From the human T2T-CHM13v2.0 reference genome, Homo sapiens: a DNA stretch of 64,000 bases. Within the stretch, counting starts at the first letter, position 1. Each line of letters begins with the position of its first letter. The DNA lies in NCBI RefSeq assembly GCF_009914755.1, contig NC_060931.1. One strand, 5' to 3'. Made by a program: the position numbers and the translations under genes. The notes under the pieces are model-generated. The model worked only from the letters and a program-made list of their open reading frames with translations, searched no databases and was not told where the DNA came from. Shown in pieces: positions 16,795 to 36,790 of this stretch.

Positions 16795-19400
16795 TATGCT
16801 TCCTTTTGATTGAGGTATTTAATGCCACAAATATCTCTTTCATTACTGCTTTAGCTTTGTCCCGCAAATTTTGTACGCTGCATTTTCATTTAGTTTGATG
16901 CATTTTTGTTATTCTCTTAAGACTTCCCCTTTGACACAGGTATTAGACATGTGCTGCTTATACTTTCTCAGTGTTTGAAGATTTTTAAATTTTCTTTCTG
17001 ATATTCATTTCTAGTTTGATTCCATTGTGGTCAGACAGCATAATCTATGTATGATTTCAATATTTTTAACTTCGTTGACATTTGTTTTATGACCCAGGAT
17101 ATGGTCGATATTGGTGTATATTCAAAGGGTACTTGAAAAAAACATGAATTCTACTATTGTTAAATGAAGTGTTTTATTGTCAATTAGATCCTGTTGGTTG
17201 ATTGTCATGTTGAGTTCTCTACATCTTTGATGCTGTTTCTCTCTAGTTGTTCTATCAACAGCTAGTTCTAGTTGAGAGAGGAGTGTTGAAGTCACCAATG
17301 AGAACTGTGGATTTATCCATAACTTTTTCTTTCTATCCGTTTTTGCTTCATATATTTTGCAGTTCTGTTGTTTGGTGAACACACACTAGGGATTGCTATG
17401 TTTTCTTGGTGAATTGACCCTTTTATCATTGTGTAATGTCCTTCTCTGTTTTTGATATGTTTCTTTTATCTAAACTCTACTGTATCTGATAATAACAGAG
17501 CCACATCTGCTTTATTTTGATTAAAGTTTGCATGGTGTGTATTTTCCATCCTTTATTTTTAAGCTACATGTATAATTTGAACTACTTGAAGTGAATTTCT
17601 TATACAACATATAATTGAGTCATTTTTTTAAGTCCACTATGCTAATTTGTCTTTTAATTGGTATGTTTAAACTATTTATGTTTAATGTAATTGCTGATCT
17701 GTTAAGGCTTAAATATGCCATTTTATTTTTTACTTTATCTTTGATCTTTGTATTTCTGTTTCTCTGCTTTTATTTTTCTGCCTTCTAGTAGATGACTCAA
17801 ACATTTTTTAAATGCCATTTTGATATGCCTATAGTGCTTTTGAGTGATTTTCTTTGTAGATCTCTTTTAGTGGTTTCTCTAAGTATTACATTACAGACAT
17901 TTAATTTATCTGAGTCCACTGGTGTCAACATTTTACCAGTTAGAATGAAGTATAGAGACCTTATGTCTCTTCATATCACTTTATTCCCTCTCTTTAGAAT
18001 ATAATTGTCTTATTTCCTCTCCATGCACTGAGAGCCACATTAGACAGTTAGACTTTTGCTTCAATAATCAAACATAATTTAACAACTCAAGAAAAGGAAA
18101 GTCTTGTTTTTACTGATTGTTTTACTCATCCCATGTTCTTTCTTCCTTCCTACTGTTCCAAGACTTTTTATTTTACTATTTCTTTTTTGTCTAGAGAACT
18201 TCCTTTAGCCATTCTTTTAGAATAGGTCTGCTGGCAACAATTTTTTTTAGTTTTCCATCATCTGAGAATGTCTTTATTTCCCCTTCATTCTTGAAGGATA
18301 TTTTCACTGGACATAGAATTCTGGGTTGACAGTTCTTTTCTCTCAGCACTTGAAGAGTGTTATGTCATTCCCTCTGGCCTCCATGGTTTCTGATGAGAAA
18401 TCTGCTTGTCATTCAAACTTTTTTTTTTGCTATGGGTAATAGGTAATGTGTTATTTTTCTCTAGCTGCTTTTAAGAATTTTTCTTTGTCTTTAGTCTTCA
18501 GATAGAAAAGATAGTCTAGATTCTCTACTTGCCCTGTTGACACCCAGGGTGAGAGGGGCCTCTAGTCACTACTAGGCAGGGGTGGGAATTCAGATTCCCC
18601 ACTGGGCCTCCAGTGATAACACCTTGCCTGGAGAGCAGTGCCTGCTCCCCATCTGGATGCATCTGACATAGCTGGGGAGGTGGTAGGTGGTGGCCTTGTT
18701 GTTGCTGAGTGTTGGTGAAGGTACTGACTCTCCACTAGGCCTTAACTGACATCCTATTGGGGAGGGGAAAGACCACCTCCTTAAGGATGGAGGGAGTGGA
18801 AGCCCAGGCTCTCCACATGGTCTCTCCTAGCACCACAGTGGAAAAGAAGGAAGGGGACTCATTGCTTCCTGGCAGAGGTAAAAGTCCCAGCTCTTCACTA
18901 AGCATTCCCTGACACTACCCCAGTGGGGTGTTGGGTGCCTCCTTATAGCCTCATGGGGGTAGAAGGCTGGGCTTCTCACTTGGCCTCCCATGTTGGGGGA
19001 GGTAGTGGGGCCATAGTTTTTTCTGTATATTTGGCTGGAGTCTGGTGGTTATTATCTCAAGCTTTTCTATTTTTCTAGGCCATCCCTTCTCTGGTCCTTT
19101 GGCTGAAGAAATCAAGCTTTTCTTAGGACATGTTATTTGTTTGCATCCATTGACGTTTCTGGATTCTCCAGAAACTATTTGGATACTGTCACCTCTAGTA
19201 TCAAGTCTGAAATATATGAAACAAAAAGAAAAGCCTGGGAACTCACCACTGTGTCATTCCACAGGTTCTGAGGTCTCCAGCTGGTGTGCCCCTTCACTTT
19301 TCAGTCTTTTTAGGTTTATTTATTATGTCCAGGATTGTAGTTGTTCTTAGCAGGAGAAATAGGGGGATATGTGAATATTCCATCTTCCTGGAAGAAGACA
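16795..19400 (-). mobile_element. Old L1M fragments (ORF2 5' part, inter-ORF region, 5' region with GC-richer subrepeats)
   Basis: EN-like peptide remnant (INQQDLID); L1M 5'-type repeats at ~18530-19000. Confidence 0.7.
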
Positions 19401-19607
19401 TGCTTCCTTTTAAGACAATGTGTACTAAATCAGGTACTCCCAATTTTTAACCCTAGATCAGATTTGCAAGGCCACATTCTCATCACAGGGAGTACCTGCC
19501 AATGATCCATCTCTCACCACCACTGGCTTTCCATTTCCCCACAGGGACAGATGGAAATAATATTTATAAAGGAAAAACAGAACATCAAACTAAAATTAAG
19601 AATCCAT

Positions 19608-19913
<306 letters not shown>

Positions 19914-19997
19914 AAGAATCCACAAGTGACAATAGATACCTATCATGTATTTCAAGTTCCATTATAATTTTCTGTGGGTAATATTTTCATACATTAA

Positions 19998-20503
<506 letters not shown>

Positions 20504-21559
20504 TTAAACAGATATTCTTTTCATTTCTAGTCATTTCTTTTTTGCCCTATGATTCTTCCTCCATTCAAACCATACTCTAAGTCATCTACTGCCTACAGGG
20601 AGAGATGCTTCCACAGAACAGCAGATTGTTTTCTCAGTTATAACAACCTAATATTGTGAGTATATGGCAAAACGTATGTATTATCAAACGATTGGAGAGA
20701 ATGCATAATTATATAAAATTCAAATTTTGCTATCCTAGAGGAAATACAGATTATCTTAGCTGTGGGAGATAGGGAGTCATAAGATAGAAAAACAGGAGTG
20801 TTACTTGCTGATAAATATCTCTCAGAATGGCAGCCACGTGTTTTGTGTGTGTCTGAGGATCCAAGTAAGAACAGCCTGGAGAGGTCTTAGAACAGGACAA
20901 GGCAGACACAACAACCAGCCACGTTGTGTCTGATGAGTGGAAGCCTGATTTACATTCCATTGCTTGGGAACAAATGACAACCATGTAAGGACAGATCCCA
21001 AGTGGGCTTGTTCTCACCCCCACCCTGGGAAATTTCAGCATTCCTGGGAATGATGCTCATTCCTGAAGGTGTGAGGGCCATGCCGGAAGCTAGAGTGTGA
21101 ATTGACATGGGAAACCCCATTTAGCTTCTATGAAACAGGGGCTTAATATACAAATCACATTCCATTTTAAAAATATATGTCTTACATACCTGTGTTGAAA
21201 GTTTAAGATTCATGCCCACTACAGAAATAATGAAGTAAATGTTGGCAAGTGACCAGAATTATTCAAATAAGGGATCTTGGTGTTTCAGTAGACTTGGTAG
21301 ACTAAGTATATATTGAGAAATAAATTCATTGAATTTTTGTTTAACATATCCACAAACATTTAAATTCTTAATGAGGTTCTATTCCAGCACCATAATAATT
21401 AACTATGAAATGCCATAATGACTAAGAGGTATAATAGGTAGTTCTATACACAGTAGATAATTCAGCCTTTAGAGGTCTCTACCCTTTGAAAAAGAGCCAC
21501 AAGGAAAATGAAAATTGAGTGATTCATAGAGTCAAATATTGTTTGGAAAAACAAAAGCA

Positions 21560-22880
21560 GTATATGGACAGGAAGAATCATTATCAGTAAAATGGCCATA
21601 CTGCCCAAAGCAATTTATAGATTCAGAACTACTCCTATCAAACTACCAATGACATTCTTCACAGAATTAGAAAAATCTGTTTTAAAATTCATATAGAACC
21701 AAAAAAGAGCCAAAGCAGTCCTAAGCAGAAAGAACAAAGCTGGAGGCATCACATACTCAACTTCAAACTACACTACAGGGCTACAGTAACCAAAACAACA
21801 TGGTACTGGTACACATAGACCAATGGAACAGAATGGACAGTCCAGAAATAATGCTGCACCATCTACAACTATCTGATCTTCGACAAAGTTGACAAAAACA
21901 AGCAATAGGGAAACGACTCCCTATTCAATGAATGGAGCTGGGATAACTGGCTAGCCTTATGCTGCAGATTGAAACTGGACCTCTACTTTATGCCATATAC
22001 AAAAATCAACTCAAGATGGATTGAAGACTTGAATGTAAAACTTAAAACTATAAAAACTCTGGAAGGTAACCTAGGAAATACTATTAGGACTTAGGACGTG
22101 GCAAAGATTTCATGATGAAGACACCAAAAGCAACTGCAACAAAAACAAAAATTTACAAATGAGATCTAATTAAACTAAAGAGCTTCTACACAGTAAAAGA
22201 AACTATCAGCAGATAAACAACCTACATAATGGGATAAAATATTTTTAAAGTATGAATCCATCAAAGGTCTAATATCCAGCATCTTAAGTAACTTCAACAA
22301 ACTTACAAGCAAAACACAAACAACTCCATTTAAAAAGTGGGCAAAGGACACGAACAGACACTTTTCAAAAGAAGACATATAAGCAGCCAGCAAGCAAATG
22401 AAAAAATGCTTAACACCACTAATTACCAGAGAAATGCAAGTCAACACCACAATGAGATACCATCTCACACCAGTCAGAATAGCTATTATTAAAAAGTCAA
22501 AAAAATAACAGATGCTGGTGAAGTCGCAGAGAAAAGAGAATGCTTATGTACTGGTGGGAGTGTAAATTAGTTCAGCCATTGTGGAAAGCTGTGTGGCAAT
22601 TTGTCAAAGAACTTAAGACAGAATTGCCATTTGACCCAGCAATCTCATTTTTGGATATATACCCAAAGGATAAATCATTCTACCATGAAGACACATGCAC
22701 ATGTATGTGCATTGCAGCAGTCCCAATAGCAAAGACACGGAATCAACCTAAATACCCATCAATGGCAGACTGGATTAAAGAAAATATGGTACATATACAC
22801 CATGGAATACTATGCAGCCACACACACACACAAAAAAGCCGAGATCATGTCCTTTGCAGCAACATAGATGGAGCTGGAGA
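21560..22880 (+). mobile_element. L1PB-type ORF2 C-terminal fragment
   Basis: AAAATGGCCATACTGCCCAAAGC start; peptide WECKLVQPLWK...LPFDPAI; no poly(A). Confidence 0.9.
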
Positions 22881-23599
22881 TTCTGATGATCCCAAAGGTA
22901 GAGATAAAGGGAATACTACAAAACCCAAAATCAAGCTCAATTAAATTAGATCAATAACCATAGCCTCTGTTGTTTCCAGAAAGGCTTATTCTATGCTCTC
23001 CCTCCCTCCAACTCCTCATAGCCTCTCTTTCCTCCAGGTCTCCAGTGTTGACTCCTCTCTGGGGCCAAAGCAAACCTGTAAAATGTGAGCTAACCTGGAG
23101 TTCAGCTTCCTCAAAGGCTGTTCCTGGGGGCTTCTGGATAAAGATGGTGGGTAATGATATTTTACTCCACTGCCCTCCTCAAATTTTTCTGAAAACAATA
23201 AGGATGAAAATTTGAGGGAAAAAAGAAACACAACAACATCATCAGTGAAATGGGAACCAATCACAGCACCATTTCACAAGTACACAGCCCAGAACCTGGG
23301 GAGTCTGGTCAGAAGTGTGGGAGGAACAAAGCTCCCGCACAATGCAGGAATTGTCTGCATTCTGAGGGCTACCCGGAGATCTTTAGAGCATCTAGTCCTG
23401 AGGGTAGCAATGGGCCACAGAAGCGAGGTGCATGGTCTGTTCAGACATACATGTTCCTTTAATGAAAATGGATTCAAATACAGTTGGTCATTAGACAATA
23501 CCAGTATAATGGGGAAATTGTGTAGGCTCCTAGGTGACCTTTTCCAGTCAGTTTGATGCTACCAGGGGCAAAACTTCTACAATTAAAAAGAAAATCTTA

Positions 23600-23935
23600 A
23601 CAATATATGAAATCCTGAAGGGGGCAAAAAGAGGCTGAAAATCCTTTACTACAAGTATTGGCTGGTTTAGTGACTTCAAGAAGCCCTACATTTTCTACAA
23701 CCGTAACCATTTCAGGGAAGTGAAAGTACAGACGAAAAACTGCAAAGGCATTTCCCCCATATTGAAAAAAATAAATGAAGAAACACTTAACACCTGGATC
23801 AGGTCACGCTTTCATTTTTATACCAATCTTTGTTAAAAGCAAATGCCCTCAAGGACCTACACCTCAGTTTAAGGCTGCAAAAGACCTACTGAATGATGCT
23901 GGACACAAATACGTGTGGAGATTTAACTGTGCTAT
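23600..23935 (+). mobile_element. Degenerate Tigger/pogo transposase remnant
   Basis: Peptide remnants FTTSIGWFSDFKK, KQMPSRTY and FKAAKD. Confidence 0.65.
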
Positions 23936-23939
23936 TGGG

Positions 23940-25157
23940 GTTTGTTTTAAATAGACTTATTTTTTAGAGCAGTTTAGGTTCACAGCAAAATTGAGCAGAA
24001 TGTACATCCTCTGGCCCCACATATGCACAACCTCCTCTATTATCAATGTCCCCCACCACAGTGGTAAATTTGTTACAGCTGATGAAACTACATTGATATG
24101 TCATTATCACCTATAGTCTATAGTTTACACTAGGGTTCACTCTTGGTGGCATACAATCTATGGGTTTGGACAAATGTATAATGACATGTCTCCACCCTTA
24201 TAATATCATACAGAGTCGTTTCGCTGCCCTAGAAATCCTGTGGTCTGCCTATTGATCCTTCCCTCCCCCTAACTCCTGACAACCACTAATCTTTTACGCC
24301 CTATAGTTTTGCCTTCTCCAGAATGTCACTTAGTTGGAGTCATAGAGCATGTAGCTTCTTCAGATTGGCTTCTTTCACTTAATAATATGAATTTGAGTTT
24401 TTTCCATGTCTTTTCACAGCTTGATAGCTCATTTCTTTTTAGCACTGAATAATATTCCATTGTCTGGATATACTGTAGTTTATTCATCTACTGAAGGTCA
24501 ATTTCAAGTTTTGGCAATTATTAATAAAGTTGATATAAACATTCGTGTGCAGGTTTTGGTGTGGATATAAGTTTTCAGCTCCTTTGAGTAAACACCAAAG
24601 AGCACAATTGCTGAATCATATGGTAAAAGTATGTTTAGTTTTGTAAGAAATCACCAACTGTCCTCCAAATTTTGCATTTCCACCAACAATGAAGGAGAGT
24701 TCTTGTTGCTTCACATCCTTGTCAGCATTTGGTGTTGTCAGTGTTCTGGGTTTTGCCCATTCTAACAGTGTAGTGGTATCTTATTGTTGTTTTAATTTGC
24801 ATTTCCCTGATGACATATGCTGTGAAACATATTTTCATGTTTATTTGCCATCTGTATATCTTCTTTGGTGAGGTATTTGTTAAGGTCTTTGGCCCATTTT
24901 TAAACTGGGTTGTTTGTTTCCTTATTGTTAAGTTTTAAGAGTTCTTTGTATATTTTGGATAAAGTCCTTTATCTAATATGTCTTTTGCAAATATTTTCTC
25001 CCAGTCTGTGGTTTTTCTTTTCATTCTCTTGACATTGTCCTTAACAGAGCAGAAGTTTTTAATTTTGATGAAATCTGGCCTATCAATTCTTTCTTTCATG
25101 GATTGTGCCTTTGATGTTTTATCTAAAATGTCATCACCAAACCCAAAGTCATTTAGA
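23940..25157 (-). mobile_element. L1MC/MD 3' end
   Basis: TTTAGAGCAGTTTAGGTTCACAGCAAAATTGAGCAG; ORF2 peptide FIKIKNFCSVKD...WEKIFA. Confidence 0.85.
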
Positions 25158-26066
25158 TTCAAAAATATTATCAATATTCTGAGAGATGTAAGAGAAGACA
25201 TTGTAGCCATAAAACAAGAACAGAAGGCTATTAAAAAGGGAATATTTCAAGAACAAAAAGCAAGTTAAACATTAAAAAATTTTAAAGGTGACAGGTCCAG
25301 ATAGTGCAACATCTAAAAGTAACAACAAACCAGAATTAAAGAAAGATAGAACAGAGAAAACAGAAGGATGGAAATCAACAAAACAATTCAAGAAACTTTT
25401 CCAGGATAGAAATATACAAGTTTCCAGAGTGAAATGGCTATTGAATGCACAGCACAATTAATAAAAAGACTCCCCACACCAAGCATATTCTTTTAAAATC
25501 TCAGAACTCTGGGGACAAATAGATGATTCTGCATGCTTCAAAGAGGAAAAAACAAACAGGTCACATAGAAAGAAAAAAACAGGAATCAAATGGCCTTAGA
25601 CTTCTCAAAACAGCATTAAAAGCAAGAATACTGGAAGAATGAGAAACAATGGAGCAGACAGTGATTTCTTAAATATAATACCAAAGATATAAGCAGCAAA
25701 AGAAAAAAACAGAAAAAGTGAACTTCATGAAAATTTAAAGATTTTATGCATAAAAAGATACTACCAAGAAAGAAAAACGGCAATCTATGGAATAGGAGGA
25801 AATATTTGCAAATTATATATCTGATAAAAGATTCATACCCAGAATACATAGAGAACCCCTGAAACTCAATAACAAAAAACAAGCTGATTCAAAAATGGGC
25901 AAAGGATTTGAACAGACATTTCTCCAAAGAAGATATACAAATGGCTAGTAAGTACATGAAAAGGTGCTCAACATAACCAATCACTAGGGAAATGCAAATC
26001 AAAGTTACAATGAGATTCCACCCCACGCCCATTAGAATGGCTACTATTAAATAAAAAATAAAAACA

Positions 26067-26385
26067 GTCCAGTCATGGTGGCTCATGCCTGAAATCCCAG
26101 CATGATCCCTGCCTTTGGGAGGCCAAGGCAGGCGGATCACTTGAGGTCAGGAGTGCGAGATCAGCCTGGCCAACATGGTGAAACCCCACCTCTACTAAAA
26201 ATACAAAAATCAGCAGGGCATGGTGGCGTATGCCTGTAGTGCTAGCTACTGCAGAGGCTGAGGCATGAGAATCACTTGAACCGAGGAGGCGGAGGTTGCA
26301 GTGAGCTAAGATGGTGCCACTGCACTCCATCCTGGGCAAGAGAGAGAGACTTCATCTCAAGAACAAAAAACAAACAAACAAAAAC
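26067..26385 (+). mobile_element. AluS
   Basis: Dimeric Alu with (CAAA)n tail. Confidence 0.92.
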
Positions 26386-26549
26386 AAGTGTTGGTGAAGA
26401 CGTAGAGAAATTGGAACCCCTGTGCGCTATTGGCAAGATTGTAAAATGGTACAGCTGCTGTGGAAGACAGTGTGGTAGTTCCTCAAAAACTAAAAGTAGA
26501 ATTACCTTGATCCAGCGATTTCACTTCACAGTATATAGTCAAAAATATG

Positions 26550-26913
26550 TGATATGGTTTGGCCCTGTGTCCCCACCCAAATCTCATCTGGAATTGTAAT
26601 CCCCTTGAGGGAGGGACCTGGTGGGAGGTGACTGGATCATGGGGGCGGTTTCCCATGATCATGCCTTTCTCATGATAGTGAGTTCTCACGAGATCTGATG
26701 GTTTTAAAAGTGACAGTTTTTCCTGAGCTCCCTCTCTCTCTCTCCTGCTGCCATGTAAGACATACTTTGCCTCCCCTTCACCTTCTGCCATAACTGTAAG
26801 TTTCCTGAGGCCTTCCCAGCCATGTGGAACTGTGAGTCAACTAAACCTCTTTTATTTATAAATTACCCAGTCTTAGGTAGTATATTTATAGCATGTGAAA
26901 ACAGAACAATACA
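26550..26913 (+). mobile_element. THE1D-like MaLR solo LTR
   Basis: TGATATGGTTTGG...AATACA termini. Confidence 0.85.
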
Positions 26914-26919
26914 GGATGA

Positions 26920-27782
26920 AAAACAAGATTATAAAAAAGACAAGAAATAATAAATGCTAGCAAGGGTGTGTAGAAAAGGAAACCCTAGTACTCTGGTGGA
27001 AATGTAGACTGGTGTAGCCATTATGGAAAACAGTATGGAGAGTCCTTAAAAATTAAAAATAGAGCTACCATATGGCCCAGCAATCCCTCTTCTGGGTATA
27101 TACCCAAAGGAGGTGAAGTCACCACCTCCTGAAGATATCTGCACTCCCACGTTCATTGCAGCACTATTCACGATAGCCAAGATATGGAATCAAACTTAGT
27201 GTTCATCAATGAATGAATGAGTAAAGAAAATGTGAGAGTTATATAGATATATTTACAATGGGATATTATTCAGCCTTAAAACATGAGATCCTGTCATCTG
27301 CCACAATAGGAGGTGGACCTAGAGGACATTAGGCTAAGCAAAATAAGCCAGACACAGAAAGAAAAATATTGCTTCATCTCACTTATGTGTAGAATCTTAA
27401 ATTTTTTTTAAAAAAACGGTCAAACATATAGAGAAAGAGAATAAAACAGAAAATAGTAACTACCAGGGCAGGGGGTGCGTGGGGAATGGGGAACTGTAAG
27501 TCAAAGGCTACAAAGTGGCAATCACAGATGAAGAAGTGTAGAGATCTAATGTACAACATGAGGACTCTAATAAAATCGTATTAGGAATTTTTGTTAAATA
27601 AGTAGACTTTAGCTGCTCTTGCTCCAAAAAAGTAACTGTGTGACATTAGATATGTTAATTTGCCTCTCTATAATAACCATTTTATTATCTATATGTATCC
27701 CATAACATCAAGTTGTCAACCTCAAATATACACAATAAAATTTACTTGAAAGAAATAAAACTTTATTACAAAAAAAAAAAAA
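26920..27782 (+). mobile_element. L1MA 3' end with poly(A)
   Basis: ORF2 end, 3'UTR, AATAAA and A tail. Confidence 0.8.
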
Positions 27783-27824
27783 GAATTGAAACGGTGTCTT
27801 TGAGGAGGTGGAGAAGTGGTTGCA

Positions 27825-28350
27825 ATTTTATTTTTTAAATTGTTTAATATTATTTTCATTGACAAATCATAATTGTATTATATTTATGGAGTATAATGTG
27901 ATGTTTTGACATATATATACAATGGGAATGATTACATCAAGCTAATTAACACATCCATCACCTCATTTACTTAACATTTTTTGTGGTGATACAATTGAAA
28001 CTTACTCTTTTAGTTATTTTGAAATATACGTTATTATTGACTACAGTCACCCTGCTGTGCAATAGATCTCAAAACTTATTCTTTCTGTGCAGCCAAAACT
28101 TTGTACTTTTTGACAAAACTCCCCATTCCATTGCTCCCCAGTGCTCTCCCAAGCCTCTGGTAATCATCATTTCTACTCTCTACATCTATGAATTCAACTT
28201 TTTTAGATTTCACATATAAGTGAGATCATGTGGTATTTGTCTTTCTGTGTGTGGAGATATCCCTCCAACATATTGATTTCAATTCCTTTGAATATATCCC
28301 AGAACTGGGATTATTAGATCATATGGCAGTTCTGTTTTTAGTTTTTTAGG
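27825..28350 (-). mobile_element. L1MA 3' end, antisense
   Basis: CAAGCTAATTAACACATCCATCACCTCA; ACAGTCACCCTGCTGTGCAATAGATCTC. Confidence 0.8.
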
Positions 28351-28619
28351 GATGAAAACAGAGTCTTGAACATTTGTACACACATGTTCGTAGTAGCATT
28401 ATTCGCAATAGCTAAAACATGGAAGCAACCCAAGTGTCCACTGAGGGATGAATAGGCAAAATGCAGCATAGACATACAATGGAATATTATTCATCCTTAA
28501 AACGAAGGAAATTCTGACCTATGCTATAACATGGATGAAACTTGATGACATTATGCTAAGTGAAATAAGCCAAATGTTGACAAATAAGCAAAAAAAAAAA
28601 AAAAACAAATATTATATGA

Positions 28620-28925
<306 letters not shown>

Positions 28926-28986
28926 TATGATTGCAATTCTATGAGGTAGAGTAGTGAAAATGATAGCAACAGAAAGTAGAACGGTG

Positions 28987-29437
<451 letters not shown>

Positions 29438-30094
29438 TTATGGAGATGGACAGTGGTGATAGTTGCACATTATGAATGTAGGTAATACCACACTGAACTA
29501 TACACTTAAAATCATTAAGATACTAAATTTATGTGATATGTATTTTATCACAATAAAAAAATTGCGGAAATTTTTTGAAGGGATGGAGCAATGGCATGTC
29601 AACAGTTCTCAATTCATCCAAGCAATTAATCAAGTGTGAAGACAGAATGAACACATTTTTAGACATTCCAGGACTCCAAAAATGTACATCTCATGCATTC
29701 TTTTGGAAGTAAGTACTGCATTTGGGCTTCACCAAAACAAGAAAATAAGCCAAGGAAAAGGAAGACATGGAGTAGAGGAAAGAGGAGAGAATTGAAGGTA
29801 ATCTCAAGGTGGAACGATGAGGGGGGTTTCTGGGTAATACCGGTGTATCAGGTTTAGAGGACAACAGTCCAGACTGAAGCAGTGTGACCAAAAGGCAGCT
29901 GTGCTGGGGAGCTGTTATCCCTTGGACGCCTACTGCCTTTGAAACAGAGGACAGAATGCCCAGATAAGCCAGCTTATATTGTTATCTATATTCAGCCTAA
30001 CTTGACCATAGGCTGGTTAACAGCACTCCTGCCTTCCTCTTCATGCCCTACAACCTAGAAAAACTGAAGATAAGTAGAATGTGCGCTTTCACCC

Positions 30095-30168
30095 AATATT
30101 TCTCAATAATTAGCATGCATCAAAATCACTGGAGGGCTTGTTTAAACACAGATTGTGGGGCCCCAATC
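30095..30168. mobile_element. MER5A fragment
   Basis: GCATCAAAATCACTGGAGGGCTTGTTTAAACACAGATTG. Confidence 0.65.
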
Positions 30169-30774
30169 TAAGAGGAAATCACACCTTCTAGACAAGTGTC
30201 TTTAGTTACACAATGAAAATATTCCAAGACTTGATGAACCACTTAAACCAACTTGCTTGTTTTTATATATTTTATCTCTACTATGAATATTTTGTTTTCA
30301 TTATATGAGTGGAATAGATTAATTCCACTTTATAATTTACAATAGTGTACAGCATTAGCTAGGTGAATAATCAGTTTTCAGATGTTAAGATGTATTGATA
30401 TATTCACGTGATTCACAAATTAACCATAACTAAATAATAAGTCGCAAGTCAACAGTTGGCACAGTGATCCTTAGTAATTTAGCATTTGAGCAGTTTAGAT
30501 GTCTTGATCTAAGAAACACATTCTCCAAGCCCTGGAGTCTCCAGTCTTCACTGACCAGGGATTAAGAGACTTGTGTACATTAAAACCCCCACTCCACCCC
30601 CTCACACCAATTTAAATATTGGTCAAGCCCTTTTAAAAAACAGATGGCAAAATAAACTTCACTGGACATTTTTGCTCAAAGAAGACACACTTTTTCTTAA
30701 TGTAGTGATAGTTGTTGACTAAATGATGACAATGGGAATGATTCCAAAGAGAAAAAGGTCAAAAGAGTTTGTAC

Positions 30775-31284
30775 CTGTTTTTCTCAAAATATGATCCCTC
30801 AAATGCTGGGTTCGTTTGATTTTGTAGCTGTAAGTTATGGTCAAGTGCTAAACCCCCGGGTGTTATTTGTAGAAGCTAGGGACGTAATGGAACCACCTAA
30901 ACGCTGAAACCTAAGTGGTGTTTGAATTAAAAAAACATAAGTTCAAAACCACAAATCATTATTTCCCTTATAACTGTGTTTAGTTATGATGGAAAAGGAC
31001 AAAATGTGCATGTACAGCAATTTCCATATTAATCAAGTGTATGTATACATATTATGTGCAGTTTTCTATCTTTTTCCTATATGAGGTTGTTCTGATTATT
31101 TTTATTAAAATATAATTTTATGCCTATAATCTAATAAAATAAACGGGCTTTTATTTTGTATGTTTTCTTTTCATTTAATTTTTCTAGCAATTTATTTTTA
31201 TTGTCTTTTGCAAAAGAATTAGTCTGTGATGGAGTGGAAATTACAAAAAAAAAAAAGCTAACCACAGTAATTTGAGAAACACTG
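30775..31284. mobile_element. Probable hAT-Charlie remnant
   Basis: TIR-like TTTGAGAAACACTG at the right end and CCTGTTTTTCTCAAA at the left. Confidence 0.4.
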
Positions 31285-31493
31285 ATCCAGCTCACTCAAG
31301 CATGGTATATATATATTAGGTTTAACCAGATGAAACTGCCAATAATCTACCATTTTGACTTTCGAATGGCAGATGTAATATATGGATGTTTATTTTACGA
31401 TTAGTCTTTAAAGACCAATTTCAAATAGTGGATATAACAAAGCCTCTGTTCTGACATGTATACACTTTGATCCTAGATAAGCCCCCTACACTC

Positions 31494-31966
<473 letters not shown>

Positions 31967-32467
31967 TTATTCTGGACCTATTTACTCCTGTGTTACATAC
32001 AACCATCTAAGGCTTGGTTTGGTTTCTCCAGGATTCAACAAAATTGGAAATGGGAACAAGAGTTGCTACAGGTAAACTCACTGGCAACAGCATGAAATAT
32101 CAAGTGGAGGAGAGAGAAAAACTACAAAAAGTTGAAAATAGCTATCTGTGGCTATTTAATGATGGGGCAAATACCTTGCTATTTCTCAATAGACCCTAGA
32201 AACATCACTGTACCCACTTATATTTAAAGCCCTGAGTAATCAATAAAACAACAATTTGTATTGGTTACATTGATGGGGGAGTATATAACACATTTCTGAT
32301 TCAAAATGCCGAATACACAGTTTTCGAGTTTAAAGAAGTAAATCCTCAGTTCTCCAAAGAATTCATCCATCTGGACAATTTTAGTCCCGAGTGAATCATT
32401 TCTACATGACAGCAGAACACAAAATTGATAGGATTCAGATATTATAATTAGACAGACTAAGCATTAA

Positions 32468-32469
<2 letters not shown>

Positions 32470-32501
<32 letters not shown>

Positions 32502-32510
32502 CACGCACAT
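32470..32510. repeat. (CA)n microsatellite
   Basis: Directly visible. Confidence 0.95.
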
Positions 32511-33007
32511 ATACTTTCCCACAGAAATCCTTGGGTATAACATTAATCACAATCAGCAGTTTTCCTTCTATTCAAATTCAGCTTCCAGGAAGATCAAAGC
32601 TGTTAAACTAACAAGGCTCTGAATAATTGCCTCGCTAGGACCTAGTTAAACCTGATTGAGACAGTCAGACCTTAGCTGTCATGTGTCCATCCATTTGTAT
32701 CTCCCTTAATATGTCCTTGATATGAGAAGACATGATGGTATAGTTTGATATAATTTAAAAGAATATTACAATGTGTTGGGGATATCAATTACACCCAAGA
32801 CCCCTGTAACCGTCCATACAATATCTTCCTTGGATGGCCAGTTGAGAGCAGCTCCTCTACCCATGTCCCAGCTAGGTGTACAGATGCTATTGGCCTGGAG
32901 CCAGGCCATTCTGGATGCCACATAAGGAAGAATGGGATAGGTCAGGGGACAAGATTGGAGGGGTAGATTGCAGTTAAGTAACTGCTGTAAACTCAGGAAA
33001 GAGACCA

Positions 33008-35944
<2,937 letters not shown>

Positions 35945-35949
35945 CATAC

Positions 35950-36465
<516 letters not shown>

Positions 36466-36639
36466 CTCTTTCTTAAGATAATTTGTGAGATACCAAAATT
36501 AAGATATCCAGAATGGATATTGTTTTCTTACTCAGAAAAGACATAAAAGTTTGAGGAGTATTTAGAATTTCAGTGTTTCACACCTCATTCCTAAGTTATT
36601 TTTATATGGTGGAAAGAGCTGATATATACATAGCCTATA

Positions 36640-36790
36640 TTTTGGTACCAAATCTGCTACAAACTAGCTGTATGACTAGAGAGATCACTGAACCTTTCTC
36701 AGCTTCTGTTTCTATAAGGAGATAGAAAAACTTGCCCTCCCTTATTCACAGGGTAGGTAATTCAAGTATGAGCATTTTGAAAATGAAAGA
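36640..36790 (+). mobile_element. MIR fragment
   Basis: CTAGCTGTATGAC...TCTCAGCTTCTGTTTC. Confidence 0.55.

Noticed and set aside
20826-20990. Possible + strand exon ending CAT|GTAAGG
   Set aside because: Weak acceptor and no recognisable coding signal
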